NCBI GenBank assembly: GCA_963749495.1
Contig: CAVVMW010000005.1
Span: 192,001-256,000 of the forward strand
Reading direction: 5' to 3'
Source: an uncultured bacterium
GTDB taxonomy: Bacteria; Verrucomicrobiota; Verrucomicrobiia; Limisphaerales; UBA8199
DNA: 64,000 bases
In this document: positions 30,615 to 41,121 of the stretch, piece by piece
How positions within the stretch are numbered: the first letter of the stretch is position 1
Layout of the letters: every line of letters starts with the position of its first letter
Position numbers and translations under genes: made by a program
The notes under the pieces: generated by a model
The model's database searches: none
What the model was told of the DNA's origin: nothing
Seen by the model: the letters and a program-made list of their open reading frames with translations, nothing else

Positions 30615-32117
30615 CTACCGGCTCAGCCGGAAGAAGCGCTGTGTGCCCGAGATGGGATTGGTAACTGTGTTTTGCCCGTTGAGGACAACTGGCCCCGCAG
30701 AATCGGCGGCCCAGACCGCCGATGAACCAAGGTTCGTGGCGGACTGTAAAGCATACCCGGTTGCGTTGGCGGGCCACGTCAAAATAACGTTGGCGCGGGA
30801 AGGAGTGATCGTCAGTTCCGGTGCGAACGAAAGACTGAACACCGTGCCATTGCCTAAACGGCCGCCATAATACGCTGTCCCATACAGGGTGTTGCCCGAT
30901 AAAATCAATCCGGCTTGCGGATTAGCTCCGCCGCTGTTGGTGGTATCAGTGGCAGCATCGAGGGCCGTGAAACTATACAGGTTTGCAAAACCCGTGCCAT
31001 CGGTGTTGACCGCGAACACCGTGCCATTGCCCGAACTGCCGCCATAATACGCTGTCCCATACAGGGTGTTGCCCGATAAAATCAACCCGGCAAACGGATT
31101 AGCTCCGTCGCTGTTGGCGGTAGCAGTAGCAGCATCGAGGGCCGTGAAACTATACAGGTTTGTAAAACCCGTGCCATCGGTGTTGACCGCGAACACCGTG
31201 CCGTTGCCTGAACTGCCGCCATAAGACGCTGTCCCATACAGGGTGTTGCCCGATACAATCAACCCATTCGGCTCAACTCCGTCGCTGTTGGTGGCATCAG
31301 TGGCAGCATCGAGGGCCGTGAAACTATACAGGTTCGTAAAACCCGTGCCATCGGTGTTGACCGCGAACACCGTGCCATTGCCGGAACTGCCGCCAAAGGT
31401 TGCCGTCCCATACAGGGTTTTGCCCGATACAATCAATCCGGCAAACGGATTAGCTCCGTCGCTGTTGATGGTATCAGTGGCGGCATCGAGAGCCGTGAAA
31501 CTATGCAGGTTTGTAAAACCCGTGCCATCGGTGTTGACTGCGAACACCGTGCCGTTGCCCGAACTGCCGCCATAGGCTGCCGTCCCATACAGGGTTTTGC
31601 CCGATACAATCAACCCGGCAAACGGATTGGCTCCGTCGCTGTTGGTGGTATCAGTGGCAGCATCGAGGGCCCTGAAACTATACAGGTTTGTAAAACCCGT
31701 GCCATCGGTGTTGACCGCGAACACCGTGCCATTGCCCGAACTGCCGCCAAAGGTTGCCGTCCCATACAGGGTTTTGCCCGATAAAATCAATCCATTCGGC
31801 TCAGTTCCGTCGCTGTTGATGCCAGTAAGGGGATTAGTTGCCGTGAAATTGTGCAGGGTCATGAACCCCGAGCCATCAGTGTTGACGGCGAACACCGTGC
31901 CATTGCCCGAACTGCCGCCAAAGGTTGCCGTCCCATACAGGGCCTTTCCCGATAAAACCAATCCATACGGATTTCCATACGGATTAGCTCCGTCGTTGCC
32001 GTTGGCAAAACTATACAGGGTCGTGAAGCTCTGCGCCGTCACGTGTCTGGCCAATGCCAAGCTGAGACAGGCCGTCAGTGCGGGCAGGAGGAACAGATTT
32101 TGGACGCGAATTGTCAT
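30615..32117 (-). CDS. GloVer tandem-repeat surface protein (intact)
   Basis: Signal peptide, about 7 repeats LILSG.TLYGTA..GGSSGNGTVFAVNTDG, C-terminal LTWP..YALQS..RFFRL. Confidence 0.92.
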   Translation of the reverse strand: MTIRVQNLFLLPALTACLSLALARHVTAQSFTTLYSFANGNDGANPYGNPYGLVLSGKALYGTATFGGSSGNGTVFAVNTDGSGFMTLHNFTATNPLTGINSDGTEPNGLILSGKTLYGTATFGGSSGNGTVFAVNTDGTGFTNLYSFRALDAATDTTNSDGANPFAGLIVSGKTLYGTAAYGGSSGNGTVFAVNTDGTGFTNLHSFTALDAATDTINSDGANPFAGLIVSGKTLYGTATFGGSSGNGTVFAVNTDGTGFTNLYSFTALDAATDATNSDGVEPNGLIVSGNTLYGTASYGGSSGNGTVFAVNTDGTGFTNLYSFTALDAATATANSDGANPFAGLILSGNTLYGTAYYGGSSGNGTVFAVNTDGTGFANLYSFTALDAATDTTNSGGANPQAGLILSGNTLYGTAYYGGRLGNGTVFSLSFAPELTITPSRANVILTWPANATGYALQSATNLGSSAVWAADSAGPVVLNGQNTVTNPISGTQRFFRLSR

Positions 32118-32415
32118 AAACTGCTTTTGATGGGCCTACCATCTCACCAATCAGGTTTTTCTCAAGAAGAAAATCGGTGTGTCTTCATTTCTGTCGTTGT
32201 CACGATGGCTGGCAGAATGGCGAGCGCCATGTGGACCCGCTTTCGCATAGCGGCGGTATGGCGCTGTTCGGACAGGGAATCAAGAGAATTTGCGCTGTTG
32301 TCGCGCACGCTCAACTGGCAACGGTTTACAGTTGACGGCCATGCCGCCGGACTTGCCGCCGCCCGGCAGCGTGGTGCGGAGGCCAGGACCGCCAGGCGAA
32401 GGTGACACCACCCGC

Positions 32416-33216
32416 TCATCTCAGTTCCACCTGCCGGGCCAGCAGGAACATCCGCGCCCCAATCTCGCAAAGGGCCTCGTGGTACTCGCTGCTCAGATGG
32501 TCAGGACTGTACTCGTGGCCAAACTCGTGGATGAGCAGCCGCACCACATCCTCGGTAACGCCGTGCTCGAACCAGTCGTTGCCGAGCCGGAATCTGTTGA
32601 AGACCAGTTCGCCCGAGCCATAAGACGCACCGCCCAGGTGATGCCCCGTGGCGCAGAACTTCACCACAATCCGGCGCGACAGCACCTTCTCGGCAACCCG
32701 CTGGGCAAACCCGGCAATGGCCGCCATCCCGTCCGTCCATTCGACCTCGGGAATCCAATCCTCGAACCCCGGAGCATTCGCATTGTCTTCTCCGGTCCGC
32801 GTCTTCGGGCCGGGCATGACCTGCCCGGCCGGCTCGATGGCCCCATCGGGGGCGGCACGCTCACCTGCCACGCGTGCGCTTCGGGCCTTTTGCTCGGCGG
32901 AAACCAGGACCGCCGCCAGGAGAAATGCCAGCCAAAAGGCCCCCAGGCACAAGAGCGAGACCAGGTTAATCTGACGTTCCGCCAATTCAACCTTCATTGC
33001 CCGCAGCACCAGGAAGATCGCCATGGGAAACAGCAGCGAGATCGGCACTGAGTACCACCGGTGCGGTTTCATGGCTCCCAGCATCATGCCTGCCAGAACC
33101 GAGCAGAATAAGCTTCCAAGGAAGCTGAATATGAAGGTCAAAAGCAGGACAAAAGACGCGATCACGCACCAACCCACGATATGGCTGGAAACAGTTCTCA
33201 GGGTCTTGGCGCTCAT
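32416..33216 (-). CDS. Apparent chimera: small membrane protein fused to an HEXXH-containing domain
   Basis: Hydrophobic N-terminal ~110 aa, a linker, then LLIHEFGHEYS.DHL. Confidence 0.55.
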   Translation of the reverse strand: MSAKTLRTVSSHIVGWCVIASFVLLLTFIFSFLGSLFCSVLAGMMLGAMKPHRWYSVPISLLFPMAIFLVLRAMKVELAERQINLVSLLCLGAFWLAFLLAAVLVSAEQKARSARVAGERAAPDGAIEPAGQVMPGPKTRTGEDNANAPGFEDWIPEVEWTDGMAAIAGFAQRVAEKVLSRRIVVKFCATGHHLGGASYGSGELVFNRFRLGNDWFEHGVTEDVVRLLIHEFGHEYSPDHLSSEYHEALCEIGARMFLLARQVELR

Positions 33217-33475
33217 AATTCGTTGGGCATGAAATAGGCTATTGCGCCTAATGTGAAAGCCTAATGACCAGAGTCAAGCCCTTTTCGCCTCGATCAACGC
33301 CGGCCCAGCCCCAACTCAGACTTGGAGGATGAATTTGTCGCTTCGTGCCAGGGGCCGACCGCCGCTATGTCGAACGGCAACGATTGTGGTTGCGCCGGCC
33401 CAGGCGTCACCTCTTGCGAAGGTGCGCCTCCGGTTCCGTGCTTGCCAGCGGGTCGGAACCGCTTACCTTGGCCGC

Positions 33476-34450
33476 ATGAAGGTGAACCGGGTGGCGTGGG
33501 CCAGAACGGCGAAGGCGCTCAAGGAACAGGGCATCCCGGAGTCCTTCAAGAAGGCAATCGAAAGGGCTGAGGCTTTGGAAACGCACTTCGCTGACAGGGT
33601 TAGGCAGGCCGCCGAGGCCATCAACACCGCTGACGCCCTCCTGGTCACAGCAGGCGCTGGCATGGGCGTTGACTCCGGCTTGCCCGACTTCCGGGGCACA
33701 CAAGGCTTCTGGCGGGCGTATCCCGCCATCGCCAAGCTCGGCCTCTCGTTCGAGGAAATGGCCAACCCGGCCTGGTTCGAGGAGAACCCGCATCTGGCGT
33801 GGGCCTTTTACGGGCACCGGCTGAACCTGTATCGGAGAACGGTTCCGCACGCCGGGTTCAGCCGGTTGCTGGAAATCGGCATGTCCAAGCCGGGAGGCTA
33901 TTTTGTCTTCACATCGAACGTGGACGGTCACTTTTAGAAGGCCGGTTTTTCGCCGGACCGCCTCGTTGAATGCCACGGCTCGATTCACCATTTCCAATGC
34001 GTGGCCTGCTGCACGGACGAGATTTGGGATGCCGAGGGTGAAACCGTCAACATCGAGGAGAGCACCTTCCACGCTGTGGAGCCGTTGCCCAGATGCAGAC
34101 ATTGCTCGGCGCTGGCCCGGCCCAACATCCTGATGTTCGGCGACTGGTCGTGGCTCAGCCATCGCGCTGACGCCCAACGGGAGCGATTTGCCCAATGGCT
34201 CAACGGCCTAGCCAAATCCTCGGCCAAGCTGGCCGTGGTTGAACTGGGCGCCGGCAGCGCCATTCCCACCGTGAGGCACACCTCGGAGCGGGTGCTGCAC
34301 CTAACCAGCGGCACCCTCATCCGCATCAACCCGCGAGAGGACGATGTTCCGAGCGGCCAGATTGGGCTGCCGCTGGGCGCTGCGGATGGAATTCGGAGAA
34401 TTTGTGACTGCGCCAAGAACCTCGGCGGAGACGCGAATCCTCATGATTGA
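33476..34450 (+). pseudogene. Sir2/sirtuin NAD-dependent deacylase with an in-frame TAG at 33935-33937
   Basis: AGAGMGVDSGLPDFRG, TSNVDGHF*KAG, ECHGS, CxxC, RPNILMFGD, IRINP; same frame on both sides of the stop. Confidence 0.85.
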
Positions 34451-34456
34451 GAGCAG

Positions 34457-34618
34457 ATGAGCGCCATTCGCACTTTCAACGTGGAGGCCGGGTTGCCCAC
34501 CCTGGACGAGGCGCGGCGTCTGGTCATCGCGGAAATCAAGCAGGCGAAGCGTGCCGGGGCGCGTGTGTTGAAAGTGATTCACGGGTACGGTTCGTCGGGT
34601 AAAGGTGGGGCGCTCTGA
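34457..34618 (+). pseudogene. Smr/MutS2-domain protein, truncated
   Basis: PTLDEAR..VLKVIHGYGSSGKGGAL then stop. Confidence 0.7.
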
Positions 34619-34819
34619 GTGGGGTTGGTGAAGTGAACACACTAAAAGACATGAGCATACTGATAGTTTTTGCAGCAATCGCTTCAGCCATTTTTTGGAT
34701 GGTTGTTGGTTGGCGAGCGATGCGGGCACACGAACGCATCGCAGATGCCTCAGAGCAGGCTGCCCGAAAATTGCGCGAGAGCGAAAGTCACGGAACGAGT
34801 GTTTGACCGACCCGCCTTG

Positions 34820-34945
34820 GCGCAACAGCCACCACGTCTATGTGGTTCTGCTCGACCCTGCCGATGGCCGACTCCGCGCTGTCCGCGCCGCCAACCCGAA
34901 GCGCGACCCCAAGAAGCCCTGCCTCTATCTGGGGATGACGGCGCT
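34820..34945 (+). pseudogene. GIY-YIG-like protein N-terminal fragment
   Basis: HVYVVLL..ANPKRDPKKPCLYLGMT. Confidence 0.55.
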
Positions 34946-35047
34946 GGCCCGGTGCCGCGATACAGCGTCGTTACGGAATCCTTACGGCGAGAGCACCACC
35001 TGGTAAAACCGTCGCAGGCCGTTCGTGACGGCATCTATGGCGCTCAG
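34940..35047 (-). pseudogene. 3'-end remnant of a GloVer paralogue with its downstream DNA
   Basis: Reverse complement aligns without gaps to 19789-19896 (LSAIDAVTNGLRRFYQVVLSP*). Confidence 0.8.
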
Positions 35048-35195
35048 GTGGACCCAGGGCGGCGGCCCGCCTGCGCTGCGCTCCGGCGGGCCTTGCCCTG
35101 GGCTGGTATGAACCAGGCCTTCGGCCTGAAGGCAGCGTGCCAGCCCCAGGGCTGGCATCAGGGAGAGGGCTAAGCAGCGCGGACCATGCGTGGCA

Positions 35196-35783
35196 TCAAC
35201 TGCCGCTCCCTGCCGGATGGCACAGCAACTCTGGGAAATTAAGCTCCAGCGTCTGGTAAAACACTCGTGGCTGGTCCCTGTCCCAGAGAGGCATAGCTAA
35301 GTCGAGGGCGTCGAAAATGTCCTGGACCTGCTGAGCCGTGGGCGCGGCAAATCGGCATCCATATTTCTTGTGCAGGTCGCGCGCCTGCATCGAGACAACA
35401 TGCATTTTTTCGGCATCACAGCAAGTGTCTCTCCAGAACTCCTGCCGTTCCGAGACGGCCAAGGCCAGGTCATGCCGAAAATTCTGGATTTCGTCCTGTC
35501 CAGCCTGTGCAACTGCTCGCTTGGCATTCTCAACTGCTGCCCGGAGACCATGCGCTTCGCATTTCGTCGCTTCGTATTTCGTCGCTTCGCACTTCGTCGC
35601 TTCGCATTTCGTCGCTTCGCGAGCGTCGCTTTGCGCCAGGGCAGCCTGTCCTTCTCGACACGCCTCAAAATCGCGGATTAGGTGTGAAGCCTCGCCTTTC
35701 GCCAGCGGATGGTCAGGCGCGTAACCAAATTCCCCGAGGCGACTGAGTTGGTCCTTCGTTGCTCGTTGGTCTGTCCATTTCAT
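35196..35783 (-). CDS. Hypothetical protein with an internal (EATKC)4 repeat
   Basis: 195-aa ORF; 15-bp tandem repeat at 35554-35620. Confidence 0.65.
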   Translation of the reverse strand: MKWTDQRATKDQLSRLGEFGYAPDHPLAKGEASHLIRDFEACREGQAALAQSDAREATKCEATKCEATKYEATKCEAHGLRAAVENAKRAVAQAGQDEIQNFRHDLALAVSERQEFWRDTCCDAEKMHVVSMQARDLHKKYGCRFAAPTAQQVQDIFDALDLAMPLWDRDQPRVFYQTLELNFPELLCHPAGSGS

Positions 35784-35936
35784 ACGACGGAGACTCGGTC
35801 GATGTCTTTAATGCTCGCCGGGTCAGAGTTCAGGATAACCCCGCGTGACAGCTTCTGCAAGAGCATTCTCGGCTTTGCTGTAGCCGGTCAGTGAAGGCGG
35901 AGACGGAGTGCCGGGCAGACCCCTCACCCCGGCCCT

Positions 35937-36164
35937 CTCGGTCCACGGTTCGGGGCGTGGGAATTATCGCGCGTCGCGTAGCGACGCAGTGAAGGTAGCC
36001 GTGGACCTCGGTCCACGGTTCAGGGCGTGGGAATGGTCACGCGTCGCGTAGCGACGCATGACAGCGTCGCGGTTTTCAGGCGTCGCTACGCGACGCGGTC
36101 GAGCTTGGGCCATGGGTCCGTGGACTGGAAGTCCACGGCTACCATCGGGCGCCGCTACGCGGTG
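35937..36164. repeat. REP-like cluster (CGTCGCGTAGCGACG / GTAGCCGTGGAC..GTCCACGG family)
   Basis: Nested palindromes; related copies at 46527-46572 and 54523-54782. Confidence 0.85.
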
Positions 36165-36489
36165 AGCCGGGGGCAGTAACGCTCCCACCTTCACTGCGGC
36201 CTTACGCTTTGCTCGGCGCTGCTCGGCTTTGCTCGGCCCGCCAGCGCGTCGGCGAGATGCAGAGGGTGGCCGCCCGGGGGGGGGTTGGCCAGTGCCGGGA
36301 GCATCATCCTGTCCAGCCCGGTACTGGTTGGCCTGGTGGCGAGGCCGGTGCTCTGGCTGTGGCTCTCATGGGGGTAGCGGTGTGGTTCGTCGTGCTTTAT
36401 GCCCGTTACGGTTCTTGCAGCTTCCGGTGTGGGATATTCGCCACAACCAATGACCCGTACCTTGACGGCTCTGGGAGAATATTTCAAAA

Positions 36490-37107
36490 ATGATAACGGC
36501 TCTGGCATCTGGAGTTCTGCTTGGCCTCTCCTGCGGCCTTGCCCCCGGCCCGCTGCTGGCGCTGGTGCTGGCTCAAACGCTGCGGCATGGCGCGCGGGAA
36601 GGCTGCAAGATCGCCCTGAGCCCGCTGGTCACCGACGCACCGATCATCTTCGTGGCGCTGATGCTGGCTGCAAAGCTGGCGAAACTCCATCCACTGCTGG
36701 GCATTGTGTCCATCGCCGGGGGAGTCTTCGTCCTGTATCTGGCTTGGGACAGCTTCCGCCCGGTGCGCGTCAACGCAGACCCCGCGTCTGAGCGCCCCAG
36801 ATCGTGGTTCAAGGGCATCCTGACAAATCTGCTCAGCCCGCACCCTTGGTTGTTTTGGCTGACCGTTGGCGCGGCGACCCTGGCGAAAGCGATGGCGCAA
36901 AGCTGGCTGGTCGCTGCCGCCTTCCTGTTCGGGTTTTACCTCCTGCTGGTCGGATCGAAGGCGGTGGTCGCTCTCATGGCCGGACGGTCCCGCGACCTGC
37001 TGGCCGGGCGGCCCTATCGGGTGGTCATGCGCGTCCTTGCGATGCTGCTAGGAGTCTTTGCGCTCCTGCTGTTCCGAGAAGGACTGAGGCATCTGGCAGT
37101 GATTTAA
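36490..37107 (+). CDS. LysE family translocator
   Basis: GLAPGP, D.PII, GILTNLLSPH.WLFW. Confidence 0.9.
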   Translation: MITALASGVLLGLSCGLAPGPLLALVLAQTLRHGAREGCKIALSPLVTDAPIIFVALMLAAKLAKLHPLLGIVSIAGGVFVLYLAWDSFRPVRVNADPASERPRSWFKGILTNLLSPHPWLFWLTVGAATLAKAMAQSWLVAAAFLFGFYLLLVGSKAVVALMAGRSRDLLAGRPYRVVMRVLAMLLGVFALLLFREGLRHLAVI

Positions 37108-37286
37108 CAGTTCCCTGCCAAGTATTCTTGACCTGAGCTGCCGCCAGCGCGGTACGAGTCCGAGCCGCCCGGCGATTCTGGCCCAGCGCCAGGCAATGTC
37201 GCGCTTCAGCGGGGGCCGAGGCCAGTTAAGTTGGCTGGTGCCAACGACGAAGTTGCCGCGCTGACTGCGAACCTCGGCCGCCCAGT

Positions 37287-37526
37287 TTAAGCCCGCCGCC
37301 GCTTCCGCCAACTCCGTTTGATAGCCCGAGCCAAGCGGGCCTTTCCCTCGGGCGTTTGTGTCCAATGCAGCTTTTTGCCTTTGGGCGCAGGCGCTGAGGA
37401 TGCTTCCGGACCGTTGCCGACGTGGTCACCCAGGATGGAAGCGAGTTCGGCCTGGGCGGCTTCAAGCTTTTCCTTAACGGCTGCGGCCCGTCGAAGCTGT
37501 GCCGGGCTAAGTTCAGTAATGTTCAT
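37287..37526 (-). CDS. Small basic coiled-coil protein, putative DNA-binding
   Basis: LSPAQLRRAAAVKEKLE..L coiled coil; C-terminal TPEGKARLARAIKRSWRKRR. Confidence 0.7.
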   Translation of the reverse strand: MNITELSPAQLRRAAAVKEKLEAAQAELASILGDHVGNGPEASSAPAPKGKKLHWTQTPEGKARLARAIKRSWRKRRRA

Positions 37527-37986
37527 TGCCGACAGCATACTCACCTGGAAATAACACGCAACCCAATAGCGGCAAGAAATGTTGACCGCCTCGTGGGCGA
37601 CACTCGGCCCGGCGAACCCGCTTTAATGTCGCCCGCGCTCAACAACGGCCTGGTAATCGACGGCCAGAAATCGCGTGCGGCGAGCGTGGAACCAAGTCCT
37701 CACCTTCGTACCCAGATTGTAGCATTCGCGCTTGCTGAGATGCGGAACGGCTGTGTGAAGGGACAAAAGGGACCCCAGGATGAGCGCCGCGTTCGCTGCG
37801 ACCGCCCTCCGCCCTCCGCCCTCCGTCCTCCGTCCGCCGCCCTTCCTCTGTGCCATCAAACGCACAGCCTGTGCCTTCAAACGCACATTTCCGTTGCCGC
37901 GCGCCGCAGGCATAATCCGGCGCATGAATTATCGGATTGCGCTCAAACCGGGGATTCGTATCCTGTCAGGCTTGATGGACTAGACG

Positions 37987-39147
37987 ATGCGACAGTTTCT
38001 CACAATCGCGACGAATGCATTTATGGAGCTGGTGCGGCAGCCGGTGTTCCTGCTGCTGATGACCAGTTCGGCGGTGTTCGAGATTTTTCTGGCCACGCCG
38101 TATTACTTTGCGTTCGGGGACGAGCCCAAGCTGGTGAAGAACAGCACGCTGGCGGTGATGCTGTTGGCGGGGTTGCTGGGGGCGGTGTTGAGCGCGTCGG
38201 CCTCGCTGGCGCGGGAGATACGGACCGGGACGGCGTTGGCGGTGCTGTCCAAGCCGGTCGGGCGCGCCCAGTTCCTGCTGGCCAAGTATGCCGGGCTGGC
38301 GGCCGCCCTGACCGTGCTGTGCTACGTGAACCTGGTGAGCGCGCTGCTGGCCAGCCGCATGGCCTTCGATGCCTACGGCTCGACGGATCTGTTTGCGCTG
38401 GGCATTTTTGCTTTGGGGCTGGTGACGGCGTATTTGATGGGCGGCTTCAGCAATTTCTTTCTCCGCCGCCCGTTCGTCTCGGACGCGGTCTTCTGCCTGG
38501 TCCTGATGACGACCATCGCCTTCGTAGTGATCAACTTCTACACGAAGGAAGCCAAGCCGCAGGCCTTCGCCACGGGGGTGGACTGGCAAGTGGTGCCGGC
38601 GGCCATCCTCATCCTGTTCGCGGTCTGGATGCTGGCGGGTCTGGCGCTGGCCTGCTCGACGCGGCTGGACATGATTCCGACCCTGGCCATCTGCTCGGCC
38701 CTGTTTCTGGTGGGCATCATGTCCGATTTCGTCTTCGGGCGGCGGGCGGACCCGGTCTGGCGCTACGGATTGAAGGAAGAGCTGGCCAGCACACGCTGGT
38801 CGGACAGCCAAAGGGCGCTGCTCAGGGAGATGATCAACAAATACGAGAAGGGCGCCGAGACCAGGCCCGAAGGCGGCGTCCAGTCCCTGCCCAGCCTGCA
38901 AGAGCGGATCAGCGGCCAGGACAAGGCGCGGCTGGCGCGGGCGGGAATGGGCGGCTCGTGGTGGGCGGCGGTGCTTTACACGGTTACTCCCAATTGGCAA
39001 CTGTTCTGGCTGGCCGACGCTCTGGATACGGGCAAGAGCACGTATCACTGGGGCTACGTGGGCAAGGCCTTTGCCTACGCGGCGGCCTACGTGGGAGCGG
39101 CCCTGGCGTTGGCGGTCATGTTGTTTGAGGAGCGGGAGCTAAGTTGA
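37987..39147 (+). CDS. ABC-2-type permease
   Basis: IATNAFMELVRQP, REIRTGT..VLSKPV.R..FLLAKY, LFEEREL. Confidence 0.88.
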   Translation: MRQFLTIATNAFMELVRQPVFLLLMTSSAVFEIFLATPYYFAFGDEPKLVKNSTLAVMLLAGLLGAVLSASASLAREIRTGTALAVLSKPVGRAQFLLAKYAGLAAALTVLCYVNLVSALLASRMAFDAYGSTDLFALGIFALGLVTAYLMGGFSNFFLRRPFVSDAVFCLVLMTTIAFVVINFYTKEAKPQAFATGVDWQVVPAAILILFAVWMLAGLALACSTRLDMIPTLAICSALFLVGIMSDFVFGRRADPVWRYGLKEELASTRWSDSQRALLREMINKYEKGAETRPEGGVQSLPSLQERISGQDKARLARAGMGGSWWAAVLYTVTPNWQLFWLADALDTGKSTYHWGYVGKAFAYAAAYVGAALALAVMLFEERELS

Positions 39148-39219
39148 ATGGTGAATGACGAATGACGAATGACGAATGAGCGGACTCGGCGTCAACCTCG
39201 TCCAACTTCCACACGATAC

Positions 39220-41115
39220 ATGGAACGAAGCACACAGAGAAACGGTTTGATCAACCTGCTGGCATTGCTGGTGGTTGGGGTGGCGGCGTTTGCCGTGGCG
39301 CGCAACAGCAACTCATTGGCGGGCCAGCTCGATACGCTGTTCCTTGGCCTGGGCCTGCTGGTGGCGGGCGCGAGCTGGTTTCAAATGCGCCTGGAGCAGA
39401 ACGAGCGGCTGGAGAAGCTCGAGATGGAGGACCTGGCCCGCGCCCACGGCGGCTCGGCCCTGTTCGAGGCCAAGGACGCCGAGGTCTTCCCGGCGCAACG
39501 TTCGCGCGAGCAGTTCGAGCGGATCTTCGTGCCGATTTTCACGGTTGTCCTGTGCCTGATCCAGGCCGGGGGCGCCTATTTCTGCTGGCGCTGGCTGGGC
39601 AAGGCCACCACGACCACCGAGTTGAAAGAGCCGACGATGGCCCTGGGGCTCTTTGGCGTGTTCGCGCTGGTGCTCTTCCTGCTGGGCCGGTTCTCGGCCA
39701 CGTTCGCGCGGCTCGAGAACAATCGGCTCCTCCGGCCCAGCGCCAGCTATGTCCTGCTCAATGCCTTCCTGTGCGCGCTGGTGGCGGCGGGCATTGCGGC
39801 GGTGCAATGGCAGTTTCCCAAGGCCGACGTTGTCCTGGCGCACGTGCTGTGCGGCCTGCTGGCGCTGGTCTCAATCGAGACGCTCATCGCCCTGGTGCTG
39901 GAGATCTACCGGCCGCGCGTCAAGGGGAATGTCGAGCGGCCGCTCTATGAGAGTCGGCTGGTGGGCCTGCTGGCGCAGCCGGAGGGCCTGGTCACTACTG
40001 CCGCCCAGGCGGTGGACTACCAGTTCGGCTTCAAGGTATCGGAGACCTGGTTCTACCGTTTGTTTTTCGAGCGGGCGCTCAAATGGCTGCTGCTGCTCCA
40101 AGGGGGCGTGCTGGTGCTTTCGACGTGCGTGGTCTTCATTGACGCCGGCGAGCAGGGCCTGCTGGAGCGCTTCGGCAAACCGGTTGCGGGCCGCACCCTG
40201 CTGGAGGCGGGCCTGCACTTCAAGCTGCCCTGGCCAATCGACCGGGTCTATCGCTCGCGCACCGAGCAGATCCAGAGCTTCGAGGTGGGTGTTACCGGCG
40301 AGGGCGCTCCCGAACCGGAACCGGTCGTGCTCTGGACCAAGGCGCACACGCGCCCGGACATCAAGGAAGAGAATTTCCTGGTGGCCAACCGGGACCAGGT
40401 CCTGGTCGAGGCCACCAACCAGCCTGCGGCCAAACGCACGCCGCCCGTCAGCTTCATCAGCGGCAGCATCCCGGTCGAGTTCCAGATCACCAACCTGATG
40501 GACTGGGCCTATAAGAACGAAGACGCCATCTCGTTGTTGAAGGACGTGGCCACGCGCGAAATCACCCGCTATTTCGCCACGGCCGACATGAACGACCTGA
40601 TGTCGGCCGGCCGGTTGGAGGCCTCGCGGGCGCTGGTGGAGCGCATCCAGGCCTCGGCCAATGCGCGCCAGCTCGGGGCCCGCATCCTGGCGGTGGCCAT
40701 GCAGGACCTGCACCCCCCGGTGAAGGTCGCCCAGCACTACGAAAACGTCGTCGCCGCCACCCAGACCAAGCAGGCCAAGATCCTGGCCGCCCGGGCCGAC
40801 GACATCCGGACCAACAACCTGGCGGCGGCCCAGGCCGCCACCGTCCTCAACAGGGCCCTGGCCGAGCGCCAGGCGACCGAGGCGGGCGCCCTGGCCCGCG
40901 CCGCCCTGTTCACCAACCAGATCCCCGCCTTCGCGGCCGCCCCATCCGTCTATGCCCAGCGGGCCTACCTCCAGGCCTTCACCCGCGCCACGGCCAACGC
41001 CCGCAAATACATCCTCCTGCCCACCAATACCCATGACGTTCTTATCTTCGACCTCCAGCAGAACATTCGACCCGAACTGCTCGAGAAGCTGAATGTGACC
41101 AAAACAAACAGATAA
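39220..41115 (+). CDS. Multi-pass membrane domain fused to an SPFH (HflK-like) domain
   Basis: Several TM helices, then ERFGKP..GLHFKLPWPID, QDLHPP and a coiled coil. Confidence 0.85.
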   Translation: MERSTQRNGLINLLALLVVGVAAFAVARNSNSLAGQLDTLFLGLGLLVAGASWFQMRLEQNERLEKLEMEDLARAHGGSALFEAKDAEVFPAQRSREQFERIFVPIFTVVLCLIQAGGAYFCWRWLGKATTTTELKEPTMALGLFGVFALVLFLLGRFSATFARLENNRLLRPSASYVLLNAFLCALVAAGIAAVQWQFPKADVVLAHVLCGLLALVSIETLIALVLEIYRPRVKGNVERPLYESRLVGLLAQPEGLVTTAAQAVDYQFGFKVSETWFYRLFFERALKWLLLLQGGVLVLSTCVVFIDAGEQGLLERFGKPVAGRTLLEAGLHFKLPWPIDRVYRSRTEQIQSFEVGVTGEGAPEPEPVVLWTKAHTRPDIKEENFLVANRDQVLVEATNQPAAKRTPPVSFISGSIPVEFQITNLMDWAYKNEDAISLLKDVATREITRYFATADMNDLMSAGRLEASRALVERIQASANARQLGARILAVAMQDLHPPVKVAQHYENVVAATQTKQAKILAARADDIRTNNLAAAQAATVLNRALAERQATEAGALARAALFTNQIPAFAAAPSVYAQRAYLQAFTRATANARKYILLPTNTHDVLIFDLQQNIRPELLEKLNVTKTNR

Positions 41116-41121
41116 CCTGCC

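Noticed and set aside
19789..35047. Diversity-generating retroelement TR/VR pair
   Set aside because: Mismatches are not adenine-specific and there is no reverse transcriptase.
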